A stretch of 64,000 bases of DNA. Source: Tubiluchus corallicola (lineage: Eukaryota > Animalia > Priapulida). This document shows, in pieces, positions 32,850 through 43,994 of the stretch. Position 1 is the stretch's first letter. Every line of letters begins with the position of its first letter. The DNA lies in the NCBI GenBank assembly GCA_030141605.1, contig JAQGDQ010002409.1, forward strand, positions 1-64,000, written 5' to 3'. The notes beneath the pieces were generated by a model. The model searched no databases. It saw nothing but the letters and a program-made list of their open reading frames with translations, and had not been told where the DNA came from. The translations under genes and the position numbers were made by a program.

Positions 32850-33758
32850 ATGAATGAAATAAAAGCAAATAAAAAACACGCCTTCTTAATAACAGCCTAT
32901 AAAAATGAAGATTACTTATTGAACCTTATTGATGCATTGGACTCTAACAAATCATTATTTTACATTCATATTGACAAAAAGAGCCCTCTTAATCAAAATG
33001 AAAAAATTAACCAGTTAAACAGAAAAAAAAATATCCACTTCATAGAGAATAATATAAGGGTCTATTGGGGAGGTTTCTCACATGTAAAAGCTATTATTTT
33101 ACTTATAAGAGAGGCCTTGCAAAACAAGAACATAAGTCATTTTCATACTTTAACAGGACAATGTTTCCCCACAAGACCTCTAAACGAAATATTTTCTTTT
33201 TTTAAAAAGAATGGAACAACTGAATTTATTGAATACCAAAGAATGATTCCGCCTATGTGGGGTCGTAGAGGTGGAATGAATAGATTAAATTATTATCAAT
33301 TTTATGATATTTTTAATGCAAAAGTGAGGTTTCAAGAAAAAATTCTAATGTTTCTCCTTTCTTTTCAAAAAGCATTGCTTATAAAACGTCCGTATTCCAA
33401 AAAGTATCCTAAACTTTATGGAGGTAGTTTATGGTGGTCATTAACCCGTAATAGCATAGAGTATATGAACCAATATGTAAAAAAAAATCCGAAATTTTAT
33501 AATCGTTTTAAACATACATTTTGCCCAGAAGAAATACTTTTTCAAACTATATTATTAAGTTCTCCTTATAAGAATAATATTGTCAATGATAGCCTTCGTT
33601 ATGTTGATTGGACAAAAAGAAATGGGAATTGCCCTGCCAATTTAGATGAAACAGACTATGATAAATTAATGAAAAACAACAAACTATTTGCACGAAAGTT
33701 TGAATACCCTGTAAGTGAAAAATTATTGAAAAAAATAAAGCTAAACATATCAAAATGA
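32850..33758 (+). CDS. GT14 (core-2/I-branching-like) glycosyltransferase
   Basis: 'AFLITAYK', 'YIHIDKKS', 'WGGFS', 'GSLWWSL', 'PEE', 'LRYVDW', 'LFARKF'. Confidence 0.88.
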   Translation: MNEIKANKKHAFLITAYKNEDYLLNLIDALDSNKSLFYIHIDKKSPLNQNEKINQLNRKKNIHFIENNIRVYWGGFSHVKAIILLIREALQNKNISHFHTLTGQCFPTRPLNEIFSFFKKNGTTEFIEYQRMIPPMWGRRGGMNRLNYYQFYDIFNAKVRFQEKILMFLLSFQKALLIKRPYSKKYPKLYGGSLWWSLTRNSIEYMNQYVKKNPKFYNRFKHTFCPEEILFQTILLSSPYKNNIVNDSLRYVDWTKRNGNCPANLDETDYDKLMKNNKLFARKFEYPVSEKLLKKIKLNISK

Positions 33759-34853
33759 AATATGATTATTTAATTGTAGGAGCAGGTTTATTTGGTGCCA
33801 CATTCTACCATTTAGCAGACCAAAAAAATAAAAGTTGCTTAATCATAGACAAAAGAAATCATATAGGAGGTAATTGTTATTGTGAAAACATTGAAGGAAT
33901 AAATGTTCATAAATATGGGGCACATATTTTTCATACTGATGATAAAAACATTTGGGATTTTTTGAATTCATTTACAGAATTTAATAGATATACCAACTCA
34001 CCTTTAGCGTATTTCAAAGGAAAATTCTATAATCTTCCTTTTAATATGAATACTTTTTATCAATTGTGGGGGGGGTAAAAACACCAGAAGAAGCACAGAA
34101 AAAAATAACAAAGCAAAAAGAGAAATACAATATACAAACTCCTAAAAACTTAGAAGAACAGGCTATTTCATTAGTAGGTTACGATATATATGCAACCTTA
34201 ATAAAAGGATATACAGAAAAACAGTGGGGCAGAAAAGCAACAGAACTCCCTCCTTTTATAATAAAGCGACTGCCTTTGAAATTTACTTTTGACAATAACT
34301 ATTTCAATGATAGATATCAAGGTATCCCTATTGGAGGTTACAATAAAATATTCAACAAGCTACTAAAAAATGCTGAAGTAAGGCTAAATACAGATTTTTT
34401 TGAAAATATAGAGTATTTTAAAAACATAGCAAAGAAAATAGTATATACAGGGGCAATAGACGAATACTATAACTGTAAATTTGGAATGTTAGAATATAGA
34501 ACTCTTAAATTTGAAAATGAAATATTACCAATAGTGAATTTTCAAGGTAATTCAGTCATAAACTATACAGATAAGAATATACCTTATACTAGAATAATAG
34601 AACATAAACATTTTGAATTTGGCAAGCAAGATAAAACAGTAGTAACAAAAGAATACCCAATGGAATGGCAAAAGGAGATAACCCCTATTATCCAATAAAT
34701 AATAGAAGAAATTCGCAATTATACCAAAAATACAAACAATTAGCTGATAAAGAAACAAATATTATCTTTGGAGGTAGACTAGCTGAATATAAGTATTATG
34801 ATATGCACCAAGTAATAGCAAAAGCCATCGAAGTCGCAAAGAAAATACTATGA
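33755..34853 (+). pseudogene. glf: UDP-galactopyranose mutase with two frameshifts
   Basis: 'IVGAGLFG', 'HKYGAHIFHT', 'YFNDRYQGIP', 'PYYP', 'GRLAEYKYYDMHQ' spread over three frames. Breaks at G8 (34068-34075) and A4 (34670-34673). Confidence 0.92.
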
Positions 34854-35678
34854 AGAACGTAAAAATATTAATCGTAACTCATAAAAAACTCTCCTTCTCT
34901 ACACAAGCTAATTATTTACCTGTGTGTGTAGGAAGTGCAAATAAACAAATTACGGGTTATCAAACAGATAATGAAGGTAAAAACATATCGCACAAAAATA
35001 GTAGCTATTGTGAGTTGACAGCACTGTACTGGGCTGCAAAAAACTTGAAAAATGTAGATATAATAGGACTAACTCATTATAGAAGATATTTTGATTTCAA
35101 TACCTACAAAAAGAATATTTACAGAGAAAGAAGAATATCCCTTAATGAAATAGAAAAAGTTAATTTTAAAAATGCAGAATTGCAACAGGTACTAAAAAAA
35201 TGATGTAGTACTTCCAATACCAACAAGATTTAAAATATCAGTAAAAAATCAATACTTTCAACACCATATAAAAGAAGATTTAGATATAACAACAAAGCTA
35301 ATAAAAAAAGAGTACCCAACTTACTACGATAAGTGGGAAAGATTTATACTATCTAACACACTTTGCCCCTTCAATATGTTCATTACCAACAAGGAGATAT
35401 TTACCCAATACACTTCTTGGCTATTTGAGGTACTTTTTAAAATAGAAAAAAAAATAAAAATCACAAACGATCCCTATCAAAGAAGAACAATTGGCTTTTT
35501 AGGAGAACGGTTAACACATCTTTATTTTCATAGTAACAACTATAAAATAAAATACCTCCCTATACTTTTCATAGAAGAAAACAAAATTAAGAAGAAGAAC
35601 ATTGAAGACAGAAAAGCAAACTGTATTTTTAATGTTAAAGAGAATCTAAATAATTTAATAGGTATTCCAAAAATATAG
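34850..35678 (+). pseudogene. DUF4422 / GT111-like galactofuranosyltransferase, frameshifted
   Basis: 'ILIVTHK', 'DN.G.NIS.KN..YCELTALYW', 'HYRRYF'. After A7 (35194-35200) it continues in another frame as DVVLP...FNMFI...GFLGERL. Confidence 0.85.
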
Positions 35679-35710
35679 ATTAAAAATAATTTAACTAAAA
35701 ATAGAATGCA

Positions 35711-36124
35711 ATGCACAACTACGAAACCATAGAACAAATCAATAAAGCCTTTAAAGGCACATTGATGGAAACACTTGGTATAGAATGCACTAAACTGGGA
35801 AAAGACCACGTAACAGCACGAATGCCCGTAGATAAACGCACCTTGCAACCCAACCATATACTACACGGCGGAGCTTCCATAGCTCTTGCTGAAACAATAG
35901 CAGGTTTGTTGTCGCATACGGTTATTGACCACGGCACACAAGAGTCCAGAGGCATACACGTATCTTCCAACCATCTGAAAAGTGTAAAGGACGGTTATGT
36001 TTACGCCCAAGCCACTTTTATCCATCAAGGTAGAACTACCCATCTTGTAGAAGTGAAAACAAAGGACGAGCAAGGGAACACTATTAGCATTAGTCGCGTA
36101 ACTAATATCATTTTAGGGCGATAG
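35711..36124 (+). CDS. menI: PaaI/MenI hot-dog thioesterase (DHNA-CoA hydrolase-like)
   Basis: 'MPVD.RT.QP..ILHGGASIALAET'; next to menF/menD. Confidence 0.82.
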   Translation: MHNYETIEQINKAFKGTLMETLGIECTKLGKDHVTARMPVDKRTLQPNHILHGGASIALAETIAGLLSHTVIDHGTQESRGIHVSSNHLKSVKDGYVYAQATFIHQGRTTHLVEVKTKDEQGNTISISRVTNIILGR

Positions 36125-36126
36125 AA

Positions 36127-37215
36127 ATGAATAACAATAATGACTTATTGATAGAAACTATTTCTCTGCTTTTAGCTAACAACCAGCCTTTTGCTTCTTA
36201 CCACTTGCCTAACGACAGCGAAATAACAACTGTTATACAAAAATCGTTACATTTACAAGTTCTTAATACTTTGAGAAATGTAGAAAATCTGTCTGGCTTT
36301 ATTTTTGCACCCTATCACTTACAAGGTAAGCATCCTATTATCCATATACAACCTGACCAGATATTTCAAACGTCTGCAAATTCTATCAAGCATTTGCCTA
36401 AACATTTTGTCAATAGTTTGCCAAGTTCTCCTACTTTACAGTATACACAGCAAATCAATAGCCTACTTGCATCTATACAACAGGGCATTATCACCAAGGC
36501 TATTCTTTCTCGCATCATAACCTACCATCAAATAGATACTCAACATATTGCACATATTTTCCATTTACTAACGAGCATCTACCCTACTGCTTTTGTTTCA
36601 TTGGTCAATATACCTAATGTTGGTTGTTGGCTCACAGCTAGCCCCGAGTTATTGCTTAGTATCGACAAGCAACAATTCACTACCGTAGCACTTGCAGGAA
36701 CAAAGCCAGCAGACACGCACACGCAATGGACACCGAAAGAAATAGAGGAGCAGAAAATCGTAGCTCATTATATAGAGAGTATCTTAGAACAACTCAACAT
36801 CAGTTATCAAAAAAGCTCCACTCAAACCATCACAATAGGCAACTTAGCACATCTTAAAACTGACTATAATATACCTTTTGAAGGGCAGAGCATTCATATA
36901 GATCAGCTTATCAAACTATTGCACCCTACACCTGCTGTATGTGGCACTCCCAAACAACAAGCCACAGAGTTAATAAATAAAGTGGAAGCTCACGACCGTG
37001 AATATTATACTGGTTTTTTAGGTCCTGCTAATTTGTACGATACAACACAGTTTTATGTTAACATACGCACAATGAAACTTAACTCTGACCATACAAGTCT
37101 TTATGTAGGGGGTGGTATTACTGAACAGTCTAACCCTATTCAAGAATGGCAAGAAACTAACCACAAGGCACAAGCTTTAATAAACATATTGGATTATTAT
37201 CTCAAAAAAAATTAA
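36127..37215 (+). CDS. menF: Isochorismate synthase
   Basis: 'ASPELL', 'ALAGT', 'KEIEEQ', 'LHPTPAVCG', 'REYYTGFLG', 'YVGGGIT'. Confidence 0.9.
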   Translation: MNNNNDLLIETISLLLANNQPFASYHLPNDSEITTVIQKSLHLQVLNTLRNVENLSGFIFAPYHLQGKHPIIHIQPDQIFQTSANSIKHLPKHFVNSLPSSPTLQYTQQINSLLASIQQGIITKAILSRIITYHQIDTQHIAHIFHLLTSIYPTAFVSLVNIPNVGCWLTASPELLLSIDKQQFTTVALAGTKPADTHTQWTPKEIEEQKIVAHYIESILEQLNISYQKSSTQTITIGNLAHLKTDYNIPFEGQSIHIDQLIKLLHPTPAVCGTPKQQATELINKVEAHDREYYTGFLGPANLYDTTQFYVNIRTMKLNSDHTSLYVGGGITEQSNPIQEWQETNHKAQALINILDYYLKKN

Positions 37216-37259
37216 CTTTGTGCATTGAAAAAAATGCTACTGTCAGAAGAAAGCAAATT

Positions 37260-38933
37260 ATGCACATCTCACACCTTACAGAAATTTGTTACCAAAAAGG
37301 TATTACACACGTGGTTATCTCGCCCGGCTCACGAAATGCGCCACTTAGTCTTGCTTTTGCAAACCATCCGCACATAGAAACGATGGTCGTACCTGACGAG
37401 CGAAGTGCTGCCTATTTTGCACTGGGTATTGCTCAACAAAGCCAACGCACGGTAGCCCTTGTTTGTACTTCTGGCACGGCAGTTCTCAATTTTGCTCCTG
37501 CCATAGCCGAGGCCTACTATCAGCAGATACCTTTGTTGGTTTTGACTGCCGACCGACCGCAAGAGTGGATAGACCAGCAGGATAGTCAAGTCATTAGACA
37601 AAATAATATTTATCACAATTACATCAAGGCTTCTTACACTTTACCACAAAATGTAAATACTCCTGATGATTTTTGGCACAGTAACCGTATTGTCAATACT
37701 GCTATCAACAATACTCAATACCCAAGTTATGCACCTGTGCATATTAATGTTCCTCTCAAAGAACCTTTGTTTGAAACATCTCAACAATCTACATCTACGC
37801 CCAAAGTAAAAATTATACACAACTTGCCTACTACATCTACCCTCTCTCAAAACGCTATAAAAACACTTGCAAATACTTTCAGCAAAGCTAAGAAAGTTAT
37901 TATCCTTTGTGGGCAACAAAACCTGAACTCTCAACTTAATGCACTTTTAGAAAACATAGCCAACTATAATAATGTAAGTGTTCTCACAGAAAAGACTTCC
38001 AACCTACCCAACCCACAGTATATCTCCACCATAGATAGGCTTATTAGTAGTTTAGATAAAGAAGAGGTAAAAGACTTTCAACCTGATTTGCTTATCACCT
38101 TAGGTAATGCTATTGTTTCAAAAAAAATACGAGTTTTTTTACGTCAAAACCCACCTCAACAACATTGGCACATACACCCTGCCGACCTTAATTTAGATAC
38201 TTATCAAGCTCTTACCCATAATATACCTATCGCCCCACAAGAGTTCTTTGCCCAGTTTATACCACTATTACAAACGGCACAAAGCACTTATAAAGTGCTT
38301 TGGAAACAACGTAACAGTGCTACTCAAAAACTGCACAACAGTTATTTGCAAGAAGCTCCATTCTCTGACCTCAAAGTTTTTGAAGCAATATTGCAACATA
38401 TACCTACAAAAAGTGATTTGCATCTGGCAAACAGTACTCCTATAAGGTATCTACAATTGTTTGATATAAAAAAGGATGTGAAATATTACTGCAATAGAGG
38501 CACAAGTGGTATAGATGGTAGCACTTCTACTGCAGTGGGTGCAGCTCATTATACCAGCCGAATAACTACGCTCATTAGCGGAGATATTGCTTTTCTTTAT
38601 GATTCTAATGCGCTGTGGAACAATTACTTATCGCCTAAGCTTAAATTAATTGTTGTTAATAATAATGGGGGTAACATTTTTCGTTTTATTCCAGGTCCTT
38701 CTGATACTCCACATCTTGAAACCTTTTTTGAAACACCGCATAATCTTAATTTAAAGAAAATAGCAGAAGCCTACAATATAGATTATTTACATTGTAACAG
38801 TATAGACAGTTTGCATACAGCTCTTGAAAAATTATACAACAACAATAGAAATCCCTCTTTGCTTGAAATAACTACTCCACCTCAACAAAATGCGACAGTT
38901 CTTAAAAATTATTTCAAAAATATTCAAAAGTAA
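37260..38933 (+). CDS. menD: SEPHCHC synthase MenD
   Basis: 'SPGSRNAPL', 'DERSAAYFALG', 'CTSGTA', 'NRGTSGIDGS', 'GDIAFLYD'. -7 box TAACTTTG at 37213-37220 favours ATG 37260. Confidence 0.95.
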   Translation: MHISHLTEICYQKGITHVVISPGSRNAPLSLAFANHPHIETMVVPDERSAAYFALGIAQQSQRTVALVCTSGTAVLNFAPAIAEAYYQQIPLLVLTADRPQEWIDQQDSQVIRQNNIYHNYIKASYTLPQNVNTPDDFWHSNRIVNTAINNTQYPSYAPVHINVPLKEPLFETSQQSTSTPKVKIIHNLPTTSTLSQNAIKTLANTFSKAKKVIILCGQQNLNSQLNALLENIANYNNVSVLTEKTSNLPNPQYISTIDRLISSLDKEEVKDFQPDLLITLGNAIVSKKIRVFLRQNPPQQHWHIHPADLNLDTYQALTHNIPIAPQEFFAQFIPLLQTAQSTYKVLWKQRNSATQKLHNSYLQEAPFSDLKVFEAILQHIPTKSDLHLANSTPIRYLQLFDIKKDVKYYCNRGTSGIDGSTSTAVGAAHYTSRITTLISGDIAFLYDSNALWNNYLSPKLKLIVVNNNGGNIFRFIPGPSDTPHLETFFETPHNLNLKKIAEAYNIDYLHCNSIDSLHTALEKLYNNNRNPSLLEITTPPQQNATVLKNYFKNIQK

Positions 38934-38970
38934 CACCTAGTATTTCCTGTAAGAGTCTATTTCGTCACTT

Positions 38971-40140
38971 TTAAAAATAAGCTATAAATAGGTTTTTGTC
39001 ATTTAGTTGATGTTGTATTTCTAATAGGTTTCTAAAATTAATAGTACCTATTACATAATTGAATTCCTGACTCTTAAAATCTTCTATTATATCGTTAAAT
39101 TGAAACAACTTTAATTCTTCTGGCGTTTCATATCTTAGGTATATTTTTAGGTTGGTAGCAATGATGTATTTATAATTAGTTTTTTGCTTGTTTTGATCTT
39201 TGTTATTTTGTAATAGCATATTGAGTTCTGTAAGAATATTCTTATTCTGAACACTTTCTCCCATTTCTTTGTTTATGATTAGGTGTTCCTCATTTAAATT
39301 ATTTGTTACAAGTACTGCAGTATAGTTATGGTCTACATTATAGAGTGAGTTTTGTGGAGAAATAAATTTAGGTGCAACAAGAAATTTTAATTTGTTTCCA
39401 TTGTGTTTTTGTATTTCTGCGATTAATTTAATTTTGTAGTTTTTCTGTTGGGCTATTTTTATATCATACTCATTTATATTTTTTATTTCAAGGTTAAGCA
39501 CATCATCAGTACTTATGATTGTGCCAAATGTATGGTATATAAGTATGATAAATTGATATAATGTATTGCAGTAGTTGGTGTAGGGAGTAGTATCTTCTTC
39601 TATAAATTCAAGTGCTTTTGCTTGCTTGAATACTGTAGAATAAGATTGAGACTGGGTGTACATTGTTGAAAGAAGGTAGTTAGATGACCCGTCTAAAATA
39701 CTTTGTATAAGTTGTATAGAAGAGTTTCTATTTTCTTTTTTCACATTGTCTATTGTGGCAAGATTGCAACAACAAGTATTATCATATAACAAAGTTCCAT
39801 TATATTTTTCTTGTAGTTGAATAAACTCTTCTAAATTAGTAGCTACATTTTTTCTATTAGTAGCTATTACATTTTTTCCTTTTTGCAAGGCTGTTTTTAC
39901 TGTATAGTAAGACTCCTCACTATCGTTTATTATCTCTATAATAGTATCTATTTCAGGGTCATTCAATACTATATTGGGGTCTATATGAAATAGCTTTTGT
40001 GGAAGAATGCTTTTCGGATGAATTCTGTGTGTAATTATTTTCTTTACAATTATATTTGCTTTAGTATTTTGTACTATTTTTACTAAGCTGTCACACGTTT
40101 TATTAAAACCAATAATGCCGATGGTTAGTTTCTTATACAT
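38971..40140 (-). CDS. Homoserine dehydrogenase-like protein with degenerate motifs
   Basis: Layout matches Bacteroidota Hom and it lies after metY-metX, but GxGxxG and the catalytic region are not conserved. Confidence 0.75.
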   Translation of the reverse strand: MYKKLTIGIIGFNKTCDSLVKIVQNTKANIIVKKIITHRIHPKSILPQKLFHIDPNIVLNDPEIDTIIEIINDSEESYYTVKTALQKGKNVIATNRKNVATNLEEFIQLQEKYNGTLLYDNTCCCNLATIDNVKKENRNSSIQLIQSILDGSSNYLLSTMYTQSQSYSTVFKQAKALEFIEEDTTPYTNYCNTLYQFIILIYHTFGTIISTDDVLNLEIKNINEYDIKIAQQKNYKIKLIAEIQKHNGNKLKFLVAPKFISPQNSLYNVDHNYTAVLVTNNLNEEHLIINKEMGESVQNKNILTELNMLLQNNKDQNKQKTNYKYIIATNLKIYLRYETPEELKLFQFNDIIEDFKSQEFNYVIGTINFRNLLEIQHQLNDKNLFIAYF

Positions 40141-40211
40141 AAATCTTATTTTTAAATAATTGTTGTTAAATTATTTAAATTCGATTAAAGTCTTAAATTT
40201 ATTACGTAAAA

Positions 40212-41231
40212 TCACAAGTTTTGTTTTATAATACTTGTTAATTTTTTCGTTTCTAATAAAAAACCATCATGTCCATAGATAGAGGTTATCTCTTCATATT
40301 TAGATTTGGAGATAAGTTTATTTATTTTTTTTTGTTCTTCGACAGGAAATATAATGTCTGTATTTATTCCTACTACTGTAGTTTGGGCGGTGATTTGACC
40401 AAGTGCTTTTTGGGTGCTTTTTCTATTTCTTGCTACATTGTGTGAGTCCATTGCTTTGGTTAGGGTATGATAAGAGTAAGCATTAAATCTTCTAGCTAAT
40501 TTTTCTCCTTGATAACGCTGGTAGGAAGAAGCTTTGAAGGATTTTATTTTCTCATTGCTTTCTTCTTCCTGTGTAGTAGTGTAGGTGATATAGTTCCGAT
40601 AGCTAAGCAAGGCAATAGCACGTGCTGTTTTCATACCTTCTAAACCTGCTTTTTCGTTGTTTTCTTTCCACGTGGAGTCATTTTCTATTGCCATTCTTTG
40701 TGTTTCGTTGAAAGCTATTCCCCAAGGAGAATGTTTCACATTGCACGACAGTACAAAAAGTTTTTCCAAGTTATCTTGTAGGTCAATAGCCCATTCCAGT
40801 GCTTGCATTCCTCCAAGCGAACTACCGATAAGTATATTTATTTTCTCTAATCCAAGAGCTTCTTTTAATATCTCGTGTACTTTTGTTATATCTCTTACGG
40901 TAATAGTTGGAAAACTTTGGTAATAGGGCTGTTTCGTTACAGGATTAATAGAAAGAGGTCCCGTTGTACCATAACAAGAGCCAAGTATATTAGGACAAAT
41001 AATAAAATAATCTCTGGGATTAAATAAATCATTTTCGCCAAATAGTCCTCTCCACCAATCAAAGGGGTCGGAATTAGCTGTAAGAGCATGACATACCCAT
41101 ACCACATTGTCCTTTGCCTTATTCAATTCTCCAAAAGTATGGTAGGCTATAGTGAGATTTTCTAATTGTTCACCAGATTCTAATTCTAATGTTTTACTAT
41201 GCTTATGTGTATGATATGTGTTTCGCGCCAA
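40212..41231 (-). CDS. metX: Homoserine O-acetyltransferase
   Basis: 'CHALTA', 'GSSLGG', 'YQGEKL..RF', 'YGHDGFL'. Confidence 0.94.
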   Translation of the reverse strand: MARNTYHTHKHSKTLELESGEQLENLTIAYHTFGELNKAKDNVVWVCHALTANSDPFDWWRGLFGENDLFNPRDYFIICPNILGSCYGTTGPLSINPVTKQPYYQSFPTITVRDITKVHEILKEALGLEKINILIGSSLGGMQALEWAIDLQDNLEKLFVLSCNVKHSPWGIAFNETQRMAIENDSTWKENNEKAGLEGMKTARAIALLSYRNYITYTTTQEEESNEKIKSFKASSYQRYQGEKLARRFNAYSYHTLTKAMDSHNVARNRKSTQKALGQITAQTTVVGINTDIIFPVEEQKKINKLISKSKYEEITSIYGHDGFLLETKKLTSIIKQNL

Positions 41232-41233
41232 TT

Positions 41234-42556
<1,323 letters not shown>

Positions 42557-42744
42557 TCAAAATAAAAAGCATACAAAAATATCATCTTTTTATGAAAGTT
42601 CAAAGAGAATTAAAAGTAAGGGATGAAAATAACTTTCAATTTTTATTTTTATTAACTCTTAACTTTTTAATATTTTATGTTTTATATTTGTAACTTATTT
42701 GATTTGTTTAGATGGTTATTTGTTGATTGTAAATTCCATAAGAT

Positions 42745-43494
42745 ATGTCGGGACACAGTAAGTGGTCTACTATTAAAAGAAAGAAGGGTGCTTTAGATGC
42801 AAAACGTTCTAAGCTTTTTTCGCGAGTGGTGAAAGAGATTATGATCGCTGTGAAAGAAGGCGGGAGCAGTGAAGCTGATGCTAACCCTCGTTTGAGATTA
42901 GCTATTGATAGTGCAAAACGAGTAAATATGCCTAAGGATAACATTCAACGGGCAATTAGCAGGGCTAACAAGGATGCTGTAAATTTATCAGAATTTACCT
43001 TTGAAGGGTATGCAATTAAGGGCGTAGCAATATTTGTAGAGTGTATGTCGGACAATAACAACAGGACAGTGGCAAATGTGCGGGCTATCTTTAAAAAATA
43101 TGGAGGAAGTTTAGGTACAAATGGTTCGTTGGCGTTTCTTTTTGAACGTAAAGGGGTGATTTCTATTCCGAAAGATGATTTAGATATAGAGGAATTGGGG
43201 TTGGAATTGATTGATATAGGTGCAGAGGATATAGATGTAGAAGGCGATAATATTTTAATTACCACAACTTTTGAGGATTTTGATAAGGTGCAAAAAAGGT
43301 TGAAAAAAATGGATATAGAAATAGAGAGCGCAGAGCTGCAAAGAGTAGCTAATGATACAAAAAAACTACCAATAAAAGAAGCTAAAAAAGTGCTAGATAT
43401 GATTAATGCTTTTGAGGAAGAGGAAGATGTTCAAAATGTGTTTCATAACCTTGAAATGACAGATGAATTACAAGAGTTTTTAGAGGAAGAGTAA
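42745..43494 (+). CDS. yebC: YebC/PmpR family protein
   Basis: 'MSGHSKWSTIKRKK', 'NPRLR', 'DNNNRT', 'VFHN'. -7 box TATATTTG at 42683-42690. Confidence 0.95.
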   Translation: MSGHSKWSTIKRKKGALDAKRSKLFSRVVKEIMIAVKEGGSSEADANPRLRLAIDSAKRVNMPKDNIQRAISRANKDAVNLSEFTFEGYAIKGVAIFVECMSDNNNRTVANVRAIFKKYGGSLGTNGSLAFLFERKGVISIPKDDLDIEELGLELIDIGAEDIDVEGDNILITTTFEDFDKVQKRLKKMDIEIESAELQRVANDTKKLPIKEAKKVLDMINAFEEEEDVQNVFHNLEMTDELQEFLEEE

Positions 43495-43559
43495 AAGTTT
43501 AAGAATTGATTTTAGTAGCATTTTAAGAATTAGTAAAATATAGTATATAATAATTTCTG

Positions 43560-43964
43560 ATGTTGAAACGTTTTTCTTTTTTGTGGATTATAATATTTGG
43601 ATTATACAATGTATGTATGGCTCAAGAGGGAAGAATAGTAGTGGTTCAGGATCAAGAGATAGGACTGTTAATGAAATCCTTTAAAACCAATAATGAAAAA
43701 ATAAAAACCTTGCGAGGCTACCGTATTCAGATATATTCTGGGTCGGGTAAGGGAGCTAAAAATATGGCCGAAAATGCAAAAAGCAAGTTTAGTACTTTAT
43801 ACCCTTCAGTTCCTGTGTACATAAACTATAATGCCCCATATTTTAGAGTACGAATAGGAGATTATAGAACAAAACAAGAGACACTGAAATTGCATAAGAA
43901 GATACAGAAAACTTTTAAAAATAGTTATCCTGTTCGAACCGAAATAAACCTTCCTAAATTATAA
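43560..43964 (+). CDS. SPOR domain protein
   Basis: Signal peptide, 'GYRIQIY', 'PYFRVRIGDY'. Confidence 0.88.
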   Translation: MLKRFSFLWIIIFGLYNVCMAQEGRIVVVQDQEIGLLMKSFKTNNEKIKTLRGYRIQIYSGSGKGAKNMAENAKSKFSTLYPSVPVYINYNAPYFRVRIGDYRTKQETLKLHKKIQKTFKNSYPVRTEINLPKL

Positions 43965-43994
43965 GGAATTTTAATTTTTACTTGTTATAGATAA

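Noticed and set aside
38934-38970. Skew switch interpreted as oriC
   Set aside because: Only 37 nt between convergent genes, no DnaA-box cluster seen, and dif is about 10 kb away.
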